Shown here: positions 1 through 12,840 of the stretch, piece after piece
Numbering within the stretch: position 1 is the first letter of the stretch
How the letters are laid out: every line of letters starts with the position of its first letter
Source of the DNA: the human T2T-CHM13v2.0 reference genome, Homo sapiens
Reading direction: 5' to 3' (one strand)
Assembly (NCBI RefSeq): GCF_009914755.1
Contig: NC_060944.1
Length of the DNA stretch: 64,000 nucleotides
Notes under the pieces: model-generated
Database searches by the model: none
Told to the model about the DNA's origin: nothing
The model's input: only the letters and a program-made list of their open reading frames with translations
Translations under genes and position numbers: made by a program

Positions 1-399
1 TTTTGTGCCCAGGTGATAAATTATGACCACAAGTTGGGGAGAGGAATCCATCCTAACTCTTGGTTTTCTAGGGTTTGTGGAACTGGGGTTACTGGAAGGC
101 AGCTCCTTTGGCAGATGCATCTATCACCCTGGCCAACATCGAGAGTCCCTTGGGCAGCTCCTGGAGAGGGAAGACACTGAGATGCACAAGAGGAGGCAGA
201 GACAGAAGGGCCGATCAGGGAGGGTCCTTTGAGAGGACTGAAGCTGGCAGGCTCCAGGGTCATCCAGACATACTTGGGGCCTCTGTAAGGGGCTAGATTG
301 GGTCCTGGGTAGGTACTGAGGTTCATAACCAGCATCACGTCTCAACACAAATGTTCATCTGCCCCCATGGGTGTCTACTATAGGTTGATGAGGCACAGG

Positions 400-620
400 A
401 GAGTGGAGGGGGTTTGGACCAGAGCTGTTCTTATTCCTGCTCTGCTGCCTGCTAGCCCTGTGGCCTTGAGCCAAGCATGTAACTCCTTCAAGCATTAATT
501 TGCTCATCTTTAAAGTACGGAGAAATAATAATCATAGTACCTGCCTTAAAGAGTTGTGGTGAGGATCAATAAATTAATTCATTTCATTAGAACAGTGATT
601 GGCACATAGTAAGGGCCCTG
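400..620 (+). mobile_element. MIR SINE
   Basis: Matches MIR core and 3' end: tgtggccttgagccaag...tgctcatctttaaa...ataataatcatagtacctgcc...gttgtggtgaggat...ttagaacagtgattggcacatagtaag. Confidence 0.85.
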
Positions 621-634
621 CGGAATGACAAAAA

Positions 635-1020
635 TAGTGATATTGATGATGATAATGATAATAGTGATGGATGATGATTATGGTGATAATTGGTGATGAT
701 GAAGATGATATTGATGGTGATAATGATAATGATGGGTGATGATTATGGTGGTGATTGGTGATGATGATTATGACAATGATAATGGTGATGATTGATGTTG
801 ATAATGAAGATGATGATAATGGTGATTAATGATAACAGTGATGATGATGATGATAATGATGGTGAGGATGATGGTGGGGATGATAATGAGGAAATGATGG
901 ATGATGACTATGGTGATGATTGATGATGATGGTAACAATGAGGATGATTGATGCTGATAATGAAGATGATGATGGTGATGATAATGATAATTAATGATGA
1001 TGGTGATGATGACCATCATC
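635..1020. repeat. Degenerate (GAT/GGT/AAT)n trinucleotide low-complexity tract
   Basis: Continuous gatgatgat/ggtgat/gataat triplets; explains the poly-His/Ile/Met ORFs. Confidence 0.95.
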
Positions 1021-1169
1021 ACCTCAGGCTATTGGGGCCTATGATATTGGGGTTACATTTGGAAGAAATTCATGATTTTCACCTTGGGAGTCTTTATTTG
1101 ACTCACATGCTATTGCTGAGTGGGCCAGGAAGCATGTGCAGAACTGGAAATTGAGAACTTGAAGTTTGG

Positions 1170-1680
1170 TTTTGGTCAAGTTCCCCAGAAGCAGCCCCTA
1201 AAATGAAGGTCTGTGCATAAGTGATTCATTAAAGGGGCACTCCCCCAAAAAACTGGTCAGGTAGAGATAGAAGGTACAGAGAGAAACTGGAGAGGGAAGG
1301 GGAAGAGACCAAGGAAAGGTGAGGCTTCACCTGAGTCCCAGCTTCAGCCTGAGCCTGTGGGGAGCTCTGGATCATAAATCTTATCTTGAGGTTCGTCTTG
1401 CTCAAGACAAAGGAGCTGGGCTTCTGCATTTCTGCGTCAATCTACCCTCGGCTGTGACCTGCCCTGGGGGATGAGGGTTTGAGAAACCAGACTCCCAGGC
1501 ACTCCTGGCCCTCAGTCCAAGTGAGCCATTCCAGTAGCACAGGCATCATCCTCTAAAGAAGACTGACACTGTGAGCTGTTAGAAGCAAACACACAGAAGC
1601 CGGGTGGTGGCGGGTGGGGAGGGGACACACATTAGGGAGATCAGAGGCATGCGGGTGGAGCACTGATGTGTCTGTGCACC
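1170..1680 (-). mobile_element. ERVL-class solo LTR (LTR33/LTR16 group)
   Basis: ttccccagaagcagcccctaaaatgaagg... resembles the reverse-complemented LTR33/16 3' end; shares tggggagctctgga and caaggag motifs with the LTR at 19075-19522. Confidence 0.6.
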
Positions 1681-3034
1681 ACGGAGTTCACATCTACTCT
1701 TCCAGTAATGGCATGTGATCTCGAGCAAGACGCTTCATATAGTCACTCACTCAAATGTTTTCAGGTACTGACTCCAAGCCAAGCACAGTGGATGGGACTC
1801 CTTGGAAGCTGAATGTCCAGCATGTGCATCTGACTGACTGACAGCTGTCACCTGTGTGACACTGGGGAACTGCCTGGAGCCCTGGGTCCTCCCCCTCACA
1901 AGAGAACCTGTTGGAATATTCCAGGAAGTGATTTTGTTTAGACAGGTAACCCTGAGCCTACTCTAAATTCATTTGAAAAAGTGAATCTTCACACACTTTG
2001 GTATTTCTTGAGTGACATTTTCTTGAACCTCACCACACAGTTACACCAAGTTTACCGTAGGACTCTGGTCCAGGAAGCCTTGGCTCCCCCATCTGTAAAG
2101 CTCAGGGCTTAGATGAGGAGATCATCAAAGCTGCTTCTAGCACTGACTTTCTAGGACACCAAGTTAAAACAAACATGAGTCAAGCAGTTGATTAACCCCA
2201 GGTTCTATTTTTCCATTTGAACACTGAAGGTTTTTCCTAGTGGATCTTAAAAACAAACTCCGGAAGGGCCTTTTACCTTTTCCAGGGATAATGTCGTAAT
2301 CTAAACAAATATGTAAGAAGCAAAAAACAGAAATGGTGAGATGAGAATTTAATGTAGCGTGCTTGAGGCCCTGGATGATTTATCACTGTCCTCGCAGACT
2401 GCACAGCCTCACAATGGGTTCGTGAATGTGTCTCTCCTCTCCTCCCCCAAGGATCTTAGGCCAAGCAGGCCCCTTTAACGGAGAAACCATTTAACATGCC
2501 AGAAAAAGTATGGGTCTGTGGGCCACCCAGGAGGCAACCCAGCCCTTGAAGATGTCAGCGAAGACACAGAGACTCAGAGAAGGGCAACTTCAGAGTTGGC
2601 CTTTGGTTCTTTTATAGGAATTCCTCCCCGCAGGCTGCCCTTTCAGGGTGTGATAGTGTGGACAAATCCACTGGACCAGGTCACTGTTTTACAGCTATCG
2701 GGGTGACCCTGAGCCAATCAAAGCAAAGTACATAAGCATCATGGCAGTGGAGTCCAAGAACCATCTGGGTCATCCCCACACCCACCCCTGTCCCTGCCCC
2801 ACCATGTTGATTCTCATCTTAAACTCATCCGTTGCATCTTGCGCTGCTTCATAACCTTACCCAGTGGCAGATCATAAACCAGTGACTCATGTGCTTGTAT
2901 ATTTAGTGCCCATCTCCTTCCCCATGAGACTTTAACTTCTTGGGATAGTGATTCATTCAGTACATAGAGAGATGAGGGCTCTGGGAAGGTTTCCAGGAGA
3001 CAGTCTTCGTGGGACCTGGGGTCGTGTTACTTCA

Positions 3035-3125
3035 CGTCTTCTCATCTGTGAAGTGGGGCTAATAATAGTCCCCAACTCAGAGATGTTCTTACTATTTTTA
3101 TTTTAGAGATGAGGAATTTGCACTC
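3035..3125. mobile_element. Two short MIR fragments in opposite orientation
   Basis: ctcatctgtgaagtggggctaataatagt (+) followed by ttttagagatgaggaa (-). Confidence 0.55.
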
Positions 3126-3182
3126 TAAAATGTGATAACCACCCATCTGAATTATTGCCAAGTCATCAAGTTATCCATTAAT

Positions 3183-3292
3183 CATCCATCTATCCATCAA
3201 TTTATCTTTTCTCCCTCCCTCCCTTCCCTCCATCCAGCCGTCAAACCATCCATCCATCCATCCATCCATCCATCCATCCATCCATCCATCCA
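3183..3292. repeat. (CCAT)n simple repeat
   Basis: Perfect ccat run at about 3246-3290 with a degenerate left flank. Confidence 0.95.
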
Positions 3293-3639
3293 ACAATCAC
3301 TAAGTATTTTATGAGGGAAGTCGGTGTATGAGGCTCTTGGGAACACAATAGTGATCGCTTCAGGAGATCCTTAGCTAATATAGTGGGAAAAGAAAATCAA
3401 ATAAATACCTATATTCCAACCCAGTCGGATTAAGGGTGCTAACAGAGGATTTTGGAGCCCAGGACAGGGAGGGGCCTATTGTCCTGAGCTGGCTAAAGGG
3501 AAACAGGCAGGAGAAGCAAATTGGGTGAGTCTCATGTGCCAGATCGTGGAGTTGGACCCAACTTGTTAGCCCAAGGAAACTGTAGTGCAGGACATAGAAA
3601 GTGAAACTAAGTTTTAAGAGTGAAAAAGAAACAAAGAAA

Positions 3640-3920
3640 CACGCCTGTAATTCCAGCACTTTGGGAGGCCAAGGCAGGAGAATTGCTTGAGCCCAGGAGT
3701 TCAAGACCAGCCTGGGCATCCTAGCAAGATCTGGTCTCAAAAAAATAAAAAAATCAACCAAGCAAAGGTGGTGCCTGCCTGTAGTCCTAGCTACTTGGAA
3801 GGCTGAGGTGGGAGGACTGTTCGAGCTCAGGATATTTGAGGCTGCAGTGAACTCTGATCAAACCACTGCACTCCAGCCTCGGCAACAGAACAAGACCCTG
3901 TTTCCCAAAAATTAAAAGAT
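3640..3920 (+). mobile_element. AluJ, slightly 5'-truncated
   Basis: cacgcctgtaattccagcactttgggaggcc...ttgagcccaggagttcaagaccagcctggg...gaggctgcagtga...cactgcactccagcc; J-type diagnostics. Confidence 0.95.
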
Positions 3921-6219
3921 GAAAAAGTGATTTTACCTTCCTCTGAAACTGCAGCAACTCTTCATGATCCTGAGGGCTTGGGAGAGTTTAAACTTGCTTT
4001 ATCTAATGGGGCATGGCTATAACAACATGGGCACGACTCTGGAAATCTTTCATCTGAAGCGATGCAGACACTGCCTCCTTCCTTTCAAGGCAGAGCTTTA
4101 TGCACCTGGGTCTTGACATCGGTGTGGAATCTCAGAGGAACCTGGGGCTGATATCACTGGAATTAATCTGAGTAATTAGTAATTAGTTCCCAGGAGATGG
4201 CAGAGCTGATAACATCTTTCTTGGTGGTGGAATTTTTCCCTCTTGCCCTGTCCCAGAGCACAGTTCATCCTGCACCCCTGAATGGCTCTATTTCTTTCCA
4301 GTGATGGTTCACAGACTTTCGGGGTCTCCCGCCCTAATCATGACGTGCCCTCCTCTGCTCCCCTTGGGGTTGGCCTCCCCTGATAGTGTGACAGGTTATT
4401 TCTTTAGTCATTCAAGCTGGTTTTCCTCATATTTTTGCTTGCCCCATTTCCGGCAGCTCACTGGGCCCCTCTGTGTCCCTGCAGCTTTAGGCAGCTGTGT
4501 TACAGGCGTCCAGGTGGAAGCCACCTGCCGGAGCTTCTTCCCTTCCCGAAAAACAAGCCCGTAATGAATTGGCTGTGTGCATTTCACAGTTTTCACATAA
4601 AACCCAGGATTCCTGACTTCTCCCAAGGAACTGGGCAGTCTGGTCCTGTGTCTCCCCCTGGCAACAATGGGCTGGAGCTGGGGACCAACTGCCGCCTTCA
4701 GGAGGCATGTTCCTGCCTGCTTGCCACTCTCCCCACCCAGCTGTGGGCATATACAGAACTAAAGTGGGGTGTCCTGGAGGAGAGGGGGAGGGGGAAGGGG
4801 AAGGGAAGGGCAAGGAGCAATTCGGCAGAGATAGGAAAAAGATGGGGACGGTGCAAGGCCATTCATTCCTCACTCGGGGACCATGACGGGCCACATGAGA
4901 GAGGTCAGATGCTTGTAGGAGCAGTATCAGCCTGGTCTCAACAATGGGGCAACGGGCACCTCTCTGGTGAGCCGTGTGGACAGGTGGACCCAGCCATAAG
5001 GACCTCTCCTATGCTTTGGGGCTGGCTTGGACCTCAGCACAGCCCTGGGGGAGTCCCACAGTGCCATCCAGCTGGCATATGGACACGTGGAGGTGAATTT
5101 CGTCCATGGGGAGAAGTAGGAGCCTGGCTAGTTCTTGCCCCTCTTGAGATGTGGCCTGAGATTCTCCCTAGCTATGAGGAGCTTGACAGCCTGGGGAACA
5201 GGCCCTTTTCCCCTGCTCTGGATCGCCCAGGCTCTGCGCCTGGCAGCCATGGCTTCATTTATTGATCAAGGTGGCAGCAATTTTCTCATCACAGAATCTA
5301 ACCCAGTGCACGCCCCTGGTGTGTGTGTGTCTTCTGCTTGCTGTCAGTGACAGGTGAGGCCTGGGGTGGTGGATGGGGCCAGAAAGGATGGAAGCCTGGG
5401 GAGGAGACGGTTCCCAACCCTCATGCGGCTTTCCTCCACTATTCCTCTGGGCCGACTGGGCTTCATGGAACTCTCGCGGCTGCCCCACTTGATGGATGAG
5501 GACACCAGGTCTGAGAACTTCCCAGGTCACAGGGCAGGGATTCAGACCCTAGGCCAGGCCTGAATCGTGCCCACTTTAGAACAGGGTGGCCTTGTTGCTG
5601 GGCATTTCTGCAGTGCCATTGTGCCTCATTTGCCTTGTGTACACGGGGCCGACCGGTCATACCTGCGTGCGTGCACCCAGCAGGGCCCCGCAAAGTCCTA
5701 CCTGCTTTTCTGTCTGCCTGGAGTGCGCACCCTCCACTCTCAGCTTACCACTTATTGCCTCATCCTAAATACCCCCTTTAGGCTTTTTGTTTTGCTCTTT
5801 TAGATGAAGAAAACTTTGAAATTAAAATGCAAAATCGGATCTTTGCCTTTTGTGATAAAAGCCCATTTCCTCCTCAATCAAGCACAATTATACAAAGGTA
5901 TTCATTGCATCACCTGGTAAAGCTGAGATCAATATGAACAGGCTGGGTTTTGGCTTCCGTAACTCCCAGCACCAAGCCTGGGGGCTGTCAGGAGCCTGAG
6001 GCTTCCTGGTTTCAGGTGCAGCCACTCTAGTGCAGGAGGCAGGCCTTCCTCGTGACTCCTCCTAGGAAGATGGGCCCCACCTGCTGTGTTTCCAGTCACG
6101 TAGTTGCTGCGGCGGGTGGGTCTTCTCCCAGTGGACAGTCACCCCAGAGAGCACAGACCCCAGCACTCCCAGGCCTGGCACCTCCAAGGGGCCAAGTGAA
6201 TAAAGTAAATGAGACGGGT

Positions 6220-6480
6220 GAACACGGCTCCACGGGCGTTAAGGCCATGGGCTCCCACGCTGCACGACTTTAGTCCTGCCTCTCCTCGCTCTATGACCTT
6301 GGGCGGCAGCCACGGAACTCACAGAGCCTCAGCTTGCTCATCTCAAAAGTGGACGCGACCACGCAGCCTCTTCCCGTGGGGCTGAGGTGAGCACTCAGTG
6401 GAATGATCACCGTGCCTCAGGCAGGACAAGAGCCACGGGGACTGTGGCTATTTCTAATATCCTTAGTAGTAGTAGTATTA
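6220..6480 (+). mobile_element. MIR SINE (CpG-rich copy)
   Basis: ctatgaccttgggc...agagcctcagcttgctcatctcaaaagtgg...gtgcctcaggcaggacaag. Confidence 0.7.
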
Positions 6481-6751
6481 ATGGTGCACAGGAGTGGGGA
6501 CAGCGGGAGTTCTCAAGGGACCCTCCTTGTCACGGATGTTATCGCTGGGACTTGGGGATGGCTTCAAGAGCCACAGGAACATTCACCAAGTAACTGCTGG
6601 GATCCAGGAAAGCAAGAGGGAGATGCCGCTGGGCCTTTCCAATGACCTCTGCCTGTCTCCCCCACCACACTCAGCTACTGTGGAAGTTGGGAGTTTGAGC
6701 TGGGCCAGGCTTCCTCTTCTCTGCTTACCGTTGTCTTTGTGATGAATGCAA

Positions 6752-7830
6752 CCCTCTCTGTCTCTCTCCCCATCTCCCCTCTCTCCCCTCTCTCCCTCTC
6801 TCTCACTCCCTCTCCCTCTCTCCCTCTCCCTCCCTCTCTCCCTCTCTGCCTCTCTCCCTCTCCCCTCTCTTCCTCTCCCCCTCCCCTCTCTTCCTCTCCC
6901 CCTCCCCTCTCTTCCTCTCCCCCTCTCCCCCTTTCCCCCTCTCCCTCTCCCCCTCTCCCCTCTCTCCCCTCTCTCCCTCTGTCCCCCTCCCTCCTCTCCC
7001 TATCTCCCCCCTCCCTCCTCTCTCCCTCCCTCCTCTGTCCCTCTCCTCCTCCCTCCTCCCTCCTCTGTCCCTCTCCCCCCTCCTCTCTCCCTCTCCCCCC
7101 CTCCTCTCTCCCTCTCCCCCCTCCTCTCTCCCTCTCCCCCCCTCTTCTCTCCCTCTCCCCCCTCCCGCTCCCTCCTCTCTCCCCCTCCCCCCTCTCTCCC
7201 CCTCCCCCTCCCTCCTCTCTCCCTCCCTCCTCTGTCCCTCTCCTCCTCCCTCCTCTCTCCCTCTCCCCATCCCTCCTCTCTCCCTCTCCCCCTCCCTCCT
7301 CTCTCCCTTTCCCCCTCCCTCCTCTCTCCCTCTCCCCCTCCCTCCTCTCTCCCTCTCCCCCTCCCTCCTCTCTCCCTCTCGCCCTCCCTTCTCTTCTCCC
7401 CCCTTCCTCCCCTCTCTTTTCCTCCCCTCTCTCCTCCTCCCTGACTCCCCTCCTCCCTGACTCCCCTCTCTCCTTCTCCCCTCTCATTTCCTCCCCTCTC
7501 TTCTCCTCTCCTCTTTTCCTCTCCTCTCTCCTCCTCCCCGACTCCCCTCTCTTTTCCTCCCCTCTCATTTCCTCCCCTCTCTTCTCCTCCCCCCTTTTCC
7601 TCCACTCTCTTTTCTTCCCCTATCTTTCCCTCCCCTCTTTTTCTCTCCTCTCTCCCCCACTCCCATCTCTCCCTCTCCCCCTCTTCTTCTTCCACTCTCT
7701 TCCCTCCCTCTCCCCTCTCTCCCATCTGTCTCTCCTCTGTCCCCTCTCTATCCTCTCTCTCTCCCCTCTCTCCTCTCTCTCCCCTCTCTCTCCCCTCTGT
7801 CCTGTCCTGTCTCTTCTCTCTCCGTTTCCT
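6752..7830. repeat. ~1.1-kb polypyrimidine/polypurine (CT-rich) tract
   Basis: Almost exclusively C/T on +; sub-units such as ccctctccccctccctcctctct recur. Confidence 0.97.
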
Positions 7831-8748
7831 CCTGCTCATAGGAACCAGGGCTCACATTCTAAGGAACTAAAGGCCATGAAGAAATACCAGGGGGTTTCCT
7901 CCAGAGGGTGGAGGTTGGCCCCTGTGGCTGCCACGTGGTGTCCTGGGGGTGGGCTTGGAGTTGCTCTGTGAAGATCCAGGGGACCTGCATCTGGGGTTAC
8001 TTATGGCACAGTGCTAGAATTCTAGAGGGGAGCCCTCTGGGCACTCCTCCAAGGCCACATCCCAGACGTGGTGGGAGCTGCAGGGTCAGGTCATCGATGG
8101 TGTATTTCACGCTAACCAGATGTGGGCGGGCATGTGCCCTCCAGCAGATCCTTCAGAAGGAAGGAAGGAAGCTGTCACTGGGCCTTCCCAAGGCAAGCCC
8201 AGGCTTTCTCACACACCATCTCAGTCAGTCCTCATCCCATCCTGGTGGAGGGATCAGGATATCGTTTCTTCATTGTGTTGTGGGGGCAAAGGCGTAGCCC
8301 ATCATGCAGGTTGCTGGGGTGCCCCACAGGGGCAAGGCACAGAGAGGGCTTAGCAGACAGCCAGGCATGCAGTGACACTCAAAATGGCAGCTGTTTCCAT
8401 CCCAGTATTCAAATAAGGAAGTAGAGGCCCTGAGAAGTTAAGGGCAAACAAGGTCCTGGAGAACTGGAGTCAAGGAACGTGTCCCCAAGGGAGTGCCAGT
8501 AAGCACTGGCAGTGTGGCAGTGCTGGAAACAGGACAGGAAACACCACCTGCAGTGGTGTCAGTGCAGCCCGGGATCCTATACTGCAGCCCCAGGAAGCTG
8601 CTCAACGTCTGCAGCTCCTTGGCAGCCCTCTCTTCCATCTGGCCCTGGCTGTTTGCCTGTGCTGGGCACCATTTTGCTTCTGGCACTGCAGTGGAGGTGG
8701 GGCGGGAGGCAGGGCAAGGGTGTTCACCAGGAGCTCTGGTTGCACTAG

Positions 8749-9112
<364 letters not shown>

Positions 9113-9210
9113 CCATCTGATGTGTTCATCACCAGATTCCCCAAATCCAGTCCAGTACCTGACACTCAGCAGGAAATTTATTAGAGTTGAGGAATGAATG
9201 ACTGAATGGG
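9113..9210 (+). mobile_element. L2 3'-end fragment
   Basis: cagtacctgacactcagcagg...gttgaggaatgaatgactgaatg. Confidence 0.65.
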
Positions 9211-10039
9211 CTGACATGTCAGAGTCACTCTGTCCTTCCCTCCAGGGCATGAGCTTGTAGAAGACAAAGCCATGACACAGCCTCCTGGAGACAGAATTCA
9301 CTGGCTCAAGCAGAGCAACTTTGTTGAGGAGACAAAGCTTGGCATGGAATGGGCACCTGGTGGCCCAAGAAGGCTGAGTGAGGGGTGCAGTAGGCAGCCT
9401 GGATGCCGTGGCAAGCTTTGGGTGTTTTCTAAGCACAGAGGGACATTCCTACTAGAGCTGCACAAGTCTCAGCCCAAGCAGGAGTGTCCCCTGGCTGTTA
9501 GAAAGCCAGAGCTTTGGGAGAGCATGGCCTCTGAGTGTCAAGGCCCATGGGGATGTGACTCTACCAGGCTTCAAGCAGAACCCCAGGAGAGGATGGAGGC
9601 AGAAAGGCTATCTGCCTGGGAAAGTGATGGCCTCTTCATTCCCTCACCAAAGTCCCATTTTTTAAAAAAGTTAAAAATTGATGGACAAAATATTGAACAT
9701 GCAGACTTGGCAGCAGAGGGATAAACACAGGTGCACTTTGTCACAGTGACAGAGTCAATGGGCATTCATTTCTAACACGGCAAGCATCATTTGAATGAAG
9801 ACAGCAGCCATCAGTTAAATAAATAGTTATGCTGTCCTAAGCTTGAGTGCTAGCTAGGCTCAGAGCACGGACTTGGGGCTCACTGACTGGCATCTGTCAG
9901 CTTCTGAACTTGGTCCTGGTGTGGTTCCCTCAGAGCCCAGGGAGGTCGGGCAGGGGGTCTGTTCCAGGAGTGAGCAGGGAATTCCCTCTGATCCACTGAC
10001 TTCAGAGCTGGTCATGGAAGTTTTGAAATTCAAACTCTT

Positions 10040-10640
10040 TTTTTTTTTAAGTATAAAATAATATATGCTCATGAGAGTGCAAAACCAAATGAATCATGAC
10101 TGAAGGATATAACAGTAGGAAGAAAAAGCCTCCTACCTCCTTCACCCCAACATTGCATTTTCCAGAAGTTTCCCATATATACACACACGGTATGTCCATC
10201 TTACATTCCAGCAACTACAGTGGATCCTCCTGTATGTGCTGGTTTGCACTGGATCCCACTCTAGGTGAAAGATAAGATGGACATTCCTTTTCTTTGGTGG
10301 ATCCACTGGGACCTCTCTCCGTGTTAGCCTCCATGGGGTGGAGGAGGTCCTGTCTGTCTTAGTCCCTGGTGCAGTTCCGTTTTGGTCCAGGAAATATTTC
10401 CATTGAGTGGAGGGGCACAGCTCAGCCCCTGCCAACCTGCTGTGGAGTTGGAGCCTCCTCACTTGAGGCTGGGGGTGTGGGCGGCCATAAACTCATTGCC
10501 GTAAGCAGTTCTGCTACGGCAGAACCTTGTATCTTAGACACGTGCACTAGTGCGTTGGGAGGGTAAATTCCTAGAAGGCCATTGTGAAGTCAAGGGTGCA
10601 CGTGCTTTTAATTTTGATGGATGTTGTCAGATTGCTGCAC
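10040..10640 (-). mobile_element. Old L1M (L1ME-like) 3' fragments
   Basis: gggtaaattcctagaagg...gtcaagggtgcacgtgcttttaattttgatggatgttgtcagattgc resembles L1ME 3' UTR antisense. Confidence 0.55.
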
Positions 10641-11109
10641 GTCTGAGGAGGCAGCAGATCATTGACTCTTGGTGCAGTTTCAGTTCTTTTTTCTTGGAGC
10701 TTCCTGTGTTCTTCCTGTCCAATCTTCTCAAGCCCAGAGGCACATTGCTGGTGAAGATTGAGGCCTCTGGAGCTGGCCTGGGGGGCTGTGAACCCAGCTT
10801 CTGTCCTTGCTGACTCTTCCCAGGCCTCTGTGTCCTCGTCTGAAGAATGGGTGAATGACAGTACTGACTTCAAGGGCGGATCTGAGGCCTCATGAACTCA
10901 CCTCCCAGCCACCAGCATCCCCAGGTGCACATAGATCAAGGGAATGAGCTGTGGTCATGGGACACGAGTTTGTTGGACTCTGGAAGGCCTGGCAGTGAGG
11001 TCTGGGGTGGCATTGCCCTTGGAGTTGTTGAGGGACATTGGGGATGAAGTATGGCCCTTCTGAGCAGGCCACCCCTGCTGACCGTCCTCTCCTCTTTTGA
11101 AGTCCCAGA

Positions 11110-11190
11110 GATGGGGGATCTGTTTATTACAGACAGGCAAACAGAGGCCTACAGAGGTGAAGCAACTTGCCCAAAGTCACACAGCTGCTT
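11110..11190 (-). mobile_element. MIR fragment
   Basis: ttattacagacaggcaaacagaggcctacagaggtgaagcaacttgcccaaagtcacacagct. Confidence 0.8.
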
Positions 11191-11279
11191 ACATTACAGA
11201 AGAAATGCCACTCTGCTTTTTACTTTAAGCACAAAATTTGTTTCTCCTTGCATGTAATAACCTTGCTGTGGCTCTGATT

Positions 11280-11375
11280 CTTCACGGTCTGGGTTTGAAT
11301 TCTCATCTGCTGATTTCTGACTGTGGGCAAATTCCTTTACCTGTCTGTGCCTGCAGATCTCTGAGATGAAAGCGG
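11280..11375 (+). mobile_element. MIR fragment
   Basis: ctgggtttgaattctcatctg...tgactgtgggcaaattcctttacctgtctgtgcct. Confidence 0.7.
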
Positions 11376-11559
11376 AGATGGGCGAGCTCACTCACAAGCA
11401 GGGCTGCGCTGGTGTCAGCACCTTGGGCAGCCTCAGTCCTTCCTCTTGGATCCGGCACTGGCAGGGCACCAGTGCGAAGAGGGCTGCCTGTTCAACTCCC
11501 ACTGAAGCTACAGGTGAGTCCAGGCCTCGGTGCAATGCATGCTCTTGTGATGGCCCCGG

Positions 11560-12070
11560 AGCCAAGCAATTTTATCATCGTCTTGTAACTCATCCACTAC
11601 ATCTGACCTTTGGATTCACAGAATAATTAATGGGGCACTTTGGGTGGCGCTTGAAGTGTCAAGTTTTTAATTAATGTGCCGGACTGAATATACTTAGCTG
11701 GACCATTCTGCCCAGTCCATCCAATTACCCAGACTCATTATGCAACTCGATTGCGTTTTCCATTACTCAGTGGCTTTGCTAAATGGGAATCTATGCTGCA
11801 GACAGACAGCCCAGCGCTGATATTGATTAGAGAGCACAGTTTATTACCCAGTGGAGGCAATGCTTGGGGTTGTAAATCTCTTGCTGGACACAGCTTTTCT
11901 GCAGCCTCCAGGTGGGAGACGGAATTGTATTTGGATGAAGCATTTCAGCCATCGACCCTCCTTCCAAACTTCCTCTGTGTCCTGCCCTTTGTTTAATGGA
12001 ATTGCCTTTCCCTCGCCAACTCCCCCCTGTAAATACACTCAGGGACTCCTCGTGCTTTAATAGCTAACAT
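11560..12070. promoter_or_regulatory. Candidate conserved enhancer (homeodomain-site cluster)
   Basis: Repeat-free; TAATTAAT twice (gaataattaatgg, tttaattaatg), ccaattac, tgattag, tttattac, tttaatgg. Confidence 0.4.
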
Positions 12071-12599
12071 GGATGCATGGTATTTTTCACCTTTCCCCGA
12101 GCTCCAGAATGACACAAAGCATTGAGCTTGCCAGGGAGCATTATAGCAGGATCAGCCACAGGGGAGGATGCTGAGCCTTCTTTGTTCTCGCTGGATTTAG
12201 GATGGATCTTGTGCCAGACCCACCTTGTCTTGCTCTGCAGTGGCCTCCAGCCCTTGGTGAGAGAGGGAGGCAGCAGTCAGTTGGCGGTCGAAACTTGTGT
12301 TTAAGGTTGTGATTATAATTCCAAGTGGAGAAACACTCCTCTCCCCACTGTATCAAGGGTACTGTTTCATACTCGATAACCTCCTTCCACTCCTATTGCC
12401 CCTTCAGCATTGCTTCAATGTGTTTTCCTAATCTGTGGCACAGGCTGCAGCAGGGAAAAGAAAGAGAAAGAGTACAGGCTGGCGTGATGGTTGGGCCGTG
12501 TCCCTCCACTGTGTCAAAGCTGATGAACACCTATTCCATGCCGGGCACCGCACATTTGCCATCTCCAGTCCTCAGAAAGCCTAGGAAGCACGTGTTTGG

Positions 12600-12840
12600 G
12601 TTTGTTTTTTTTTTTAAATCTTCTAGTTTAGATTATTTCATATTCACAAAAGAGTTGCAAAAATAGTATAGAGAATTCTCATAGACCTCCACGCCCAGCT
12701 TTCCCTTGTGTTAACACTAAAGTAAGTGTTTTAATCAGCAATCTGTGGAAAAGAAAGCTGAGGCTCAGAGAGGTTAAGGAACTTCCACTAGGTCACACAG
12801 CCATGGTGGGATTGGAGCCCAGATCTGTGTTTAGCTTTGC
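12600..12840 (-). mobile_element. L1M 3' fragment followed by MIR fragment
   Basis: attcacaaaagagttgcaaaaatagtatagagaattctc (L1MC-like); gctgaggctcagagaggttaaggaacttcc...ggtcacacagc (MIR). Confidence 0.7.

Noticed and set aside
1800-2060. Possible ancient DNA-transposon fragment (similarly at 38280-38510)
   Set aside because: I could not assign a family, TIRs or TSDs with confidence by eye.
4435-5265. 276-aa ORF on +
   Set aside because: Non-ATG start, no recognisable domain, and Trp/Gly/Pro-rich composition typical of GC-rich non-coding DNA.
6675-7971. Long Pro/Ser/Leu and Gly/Glu/Arg ORFs
   Set aside because: Produced by the polypyrimidine tract, which is open in most frames.
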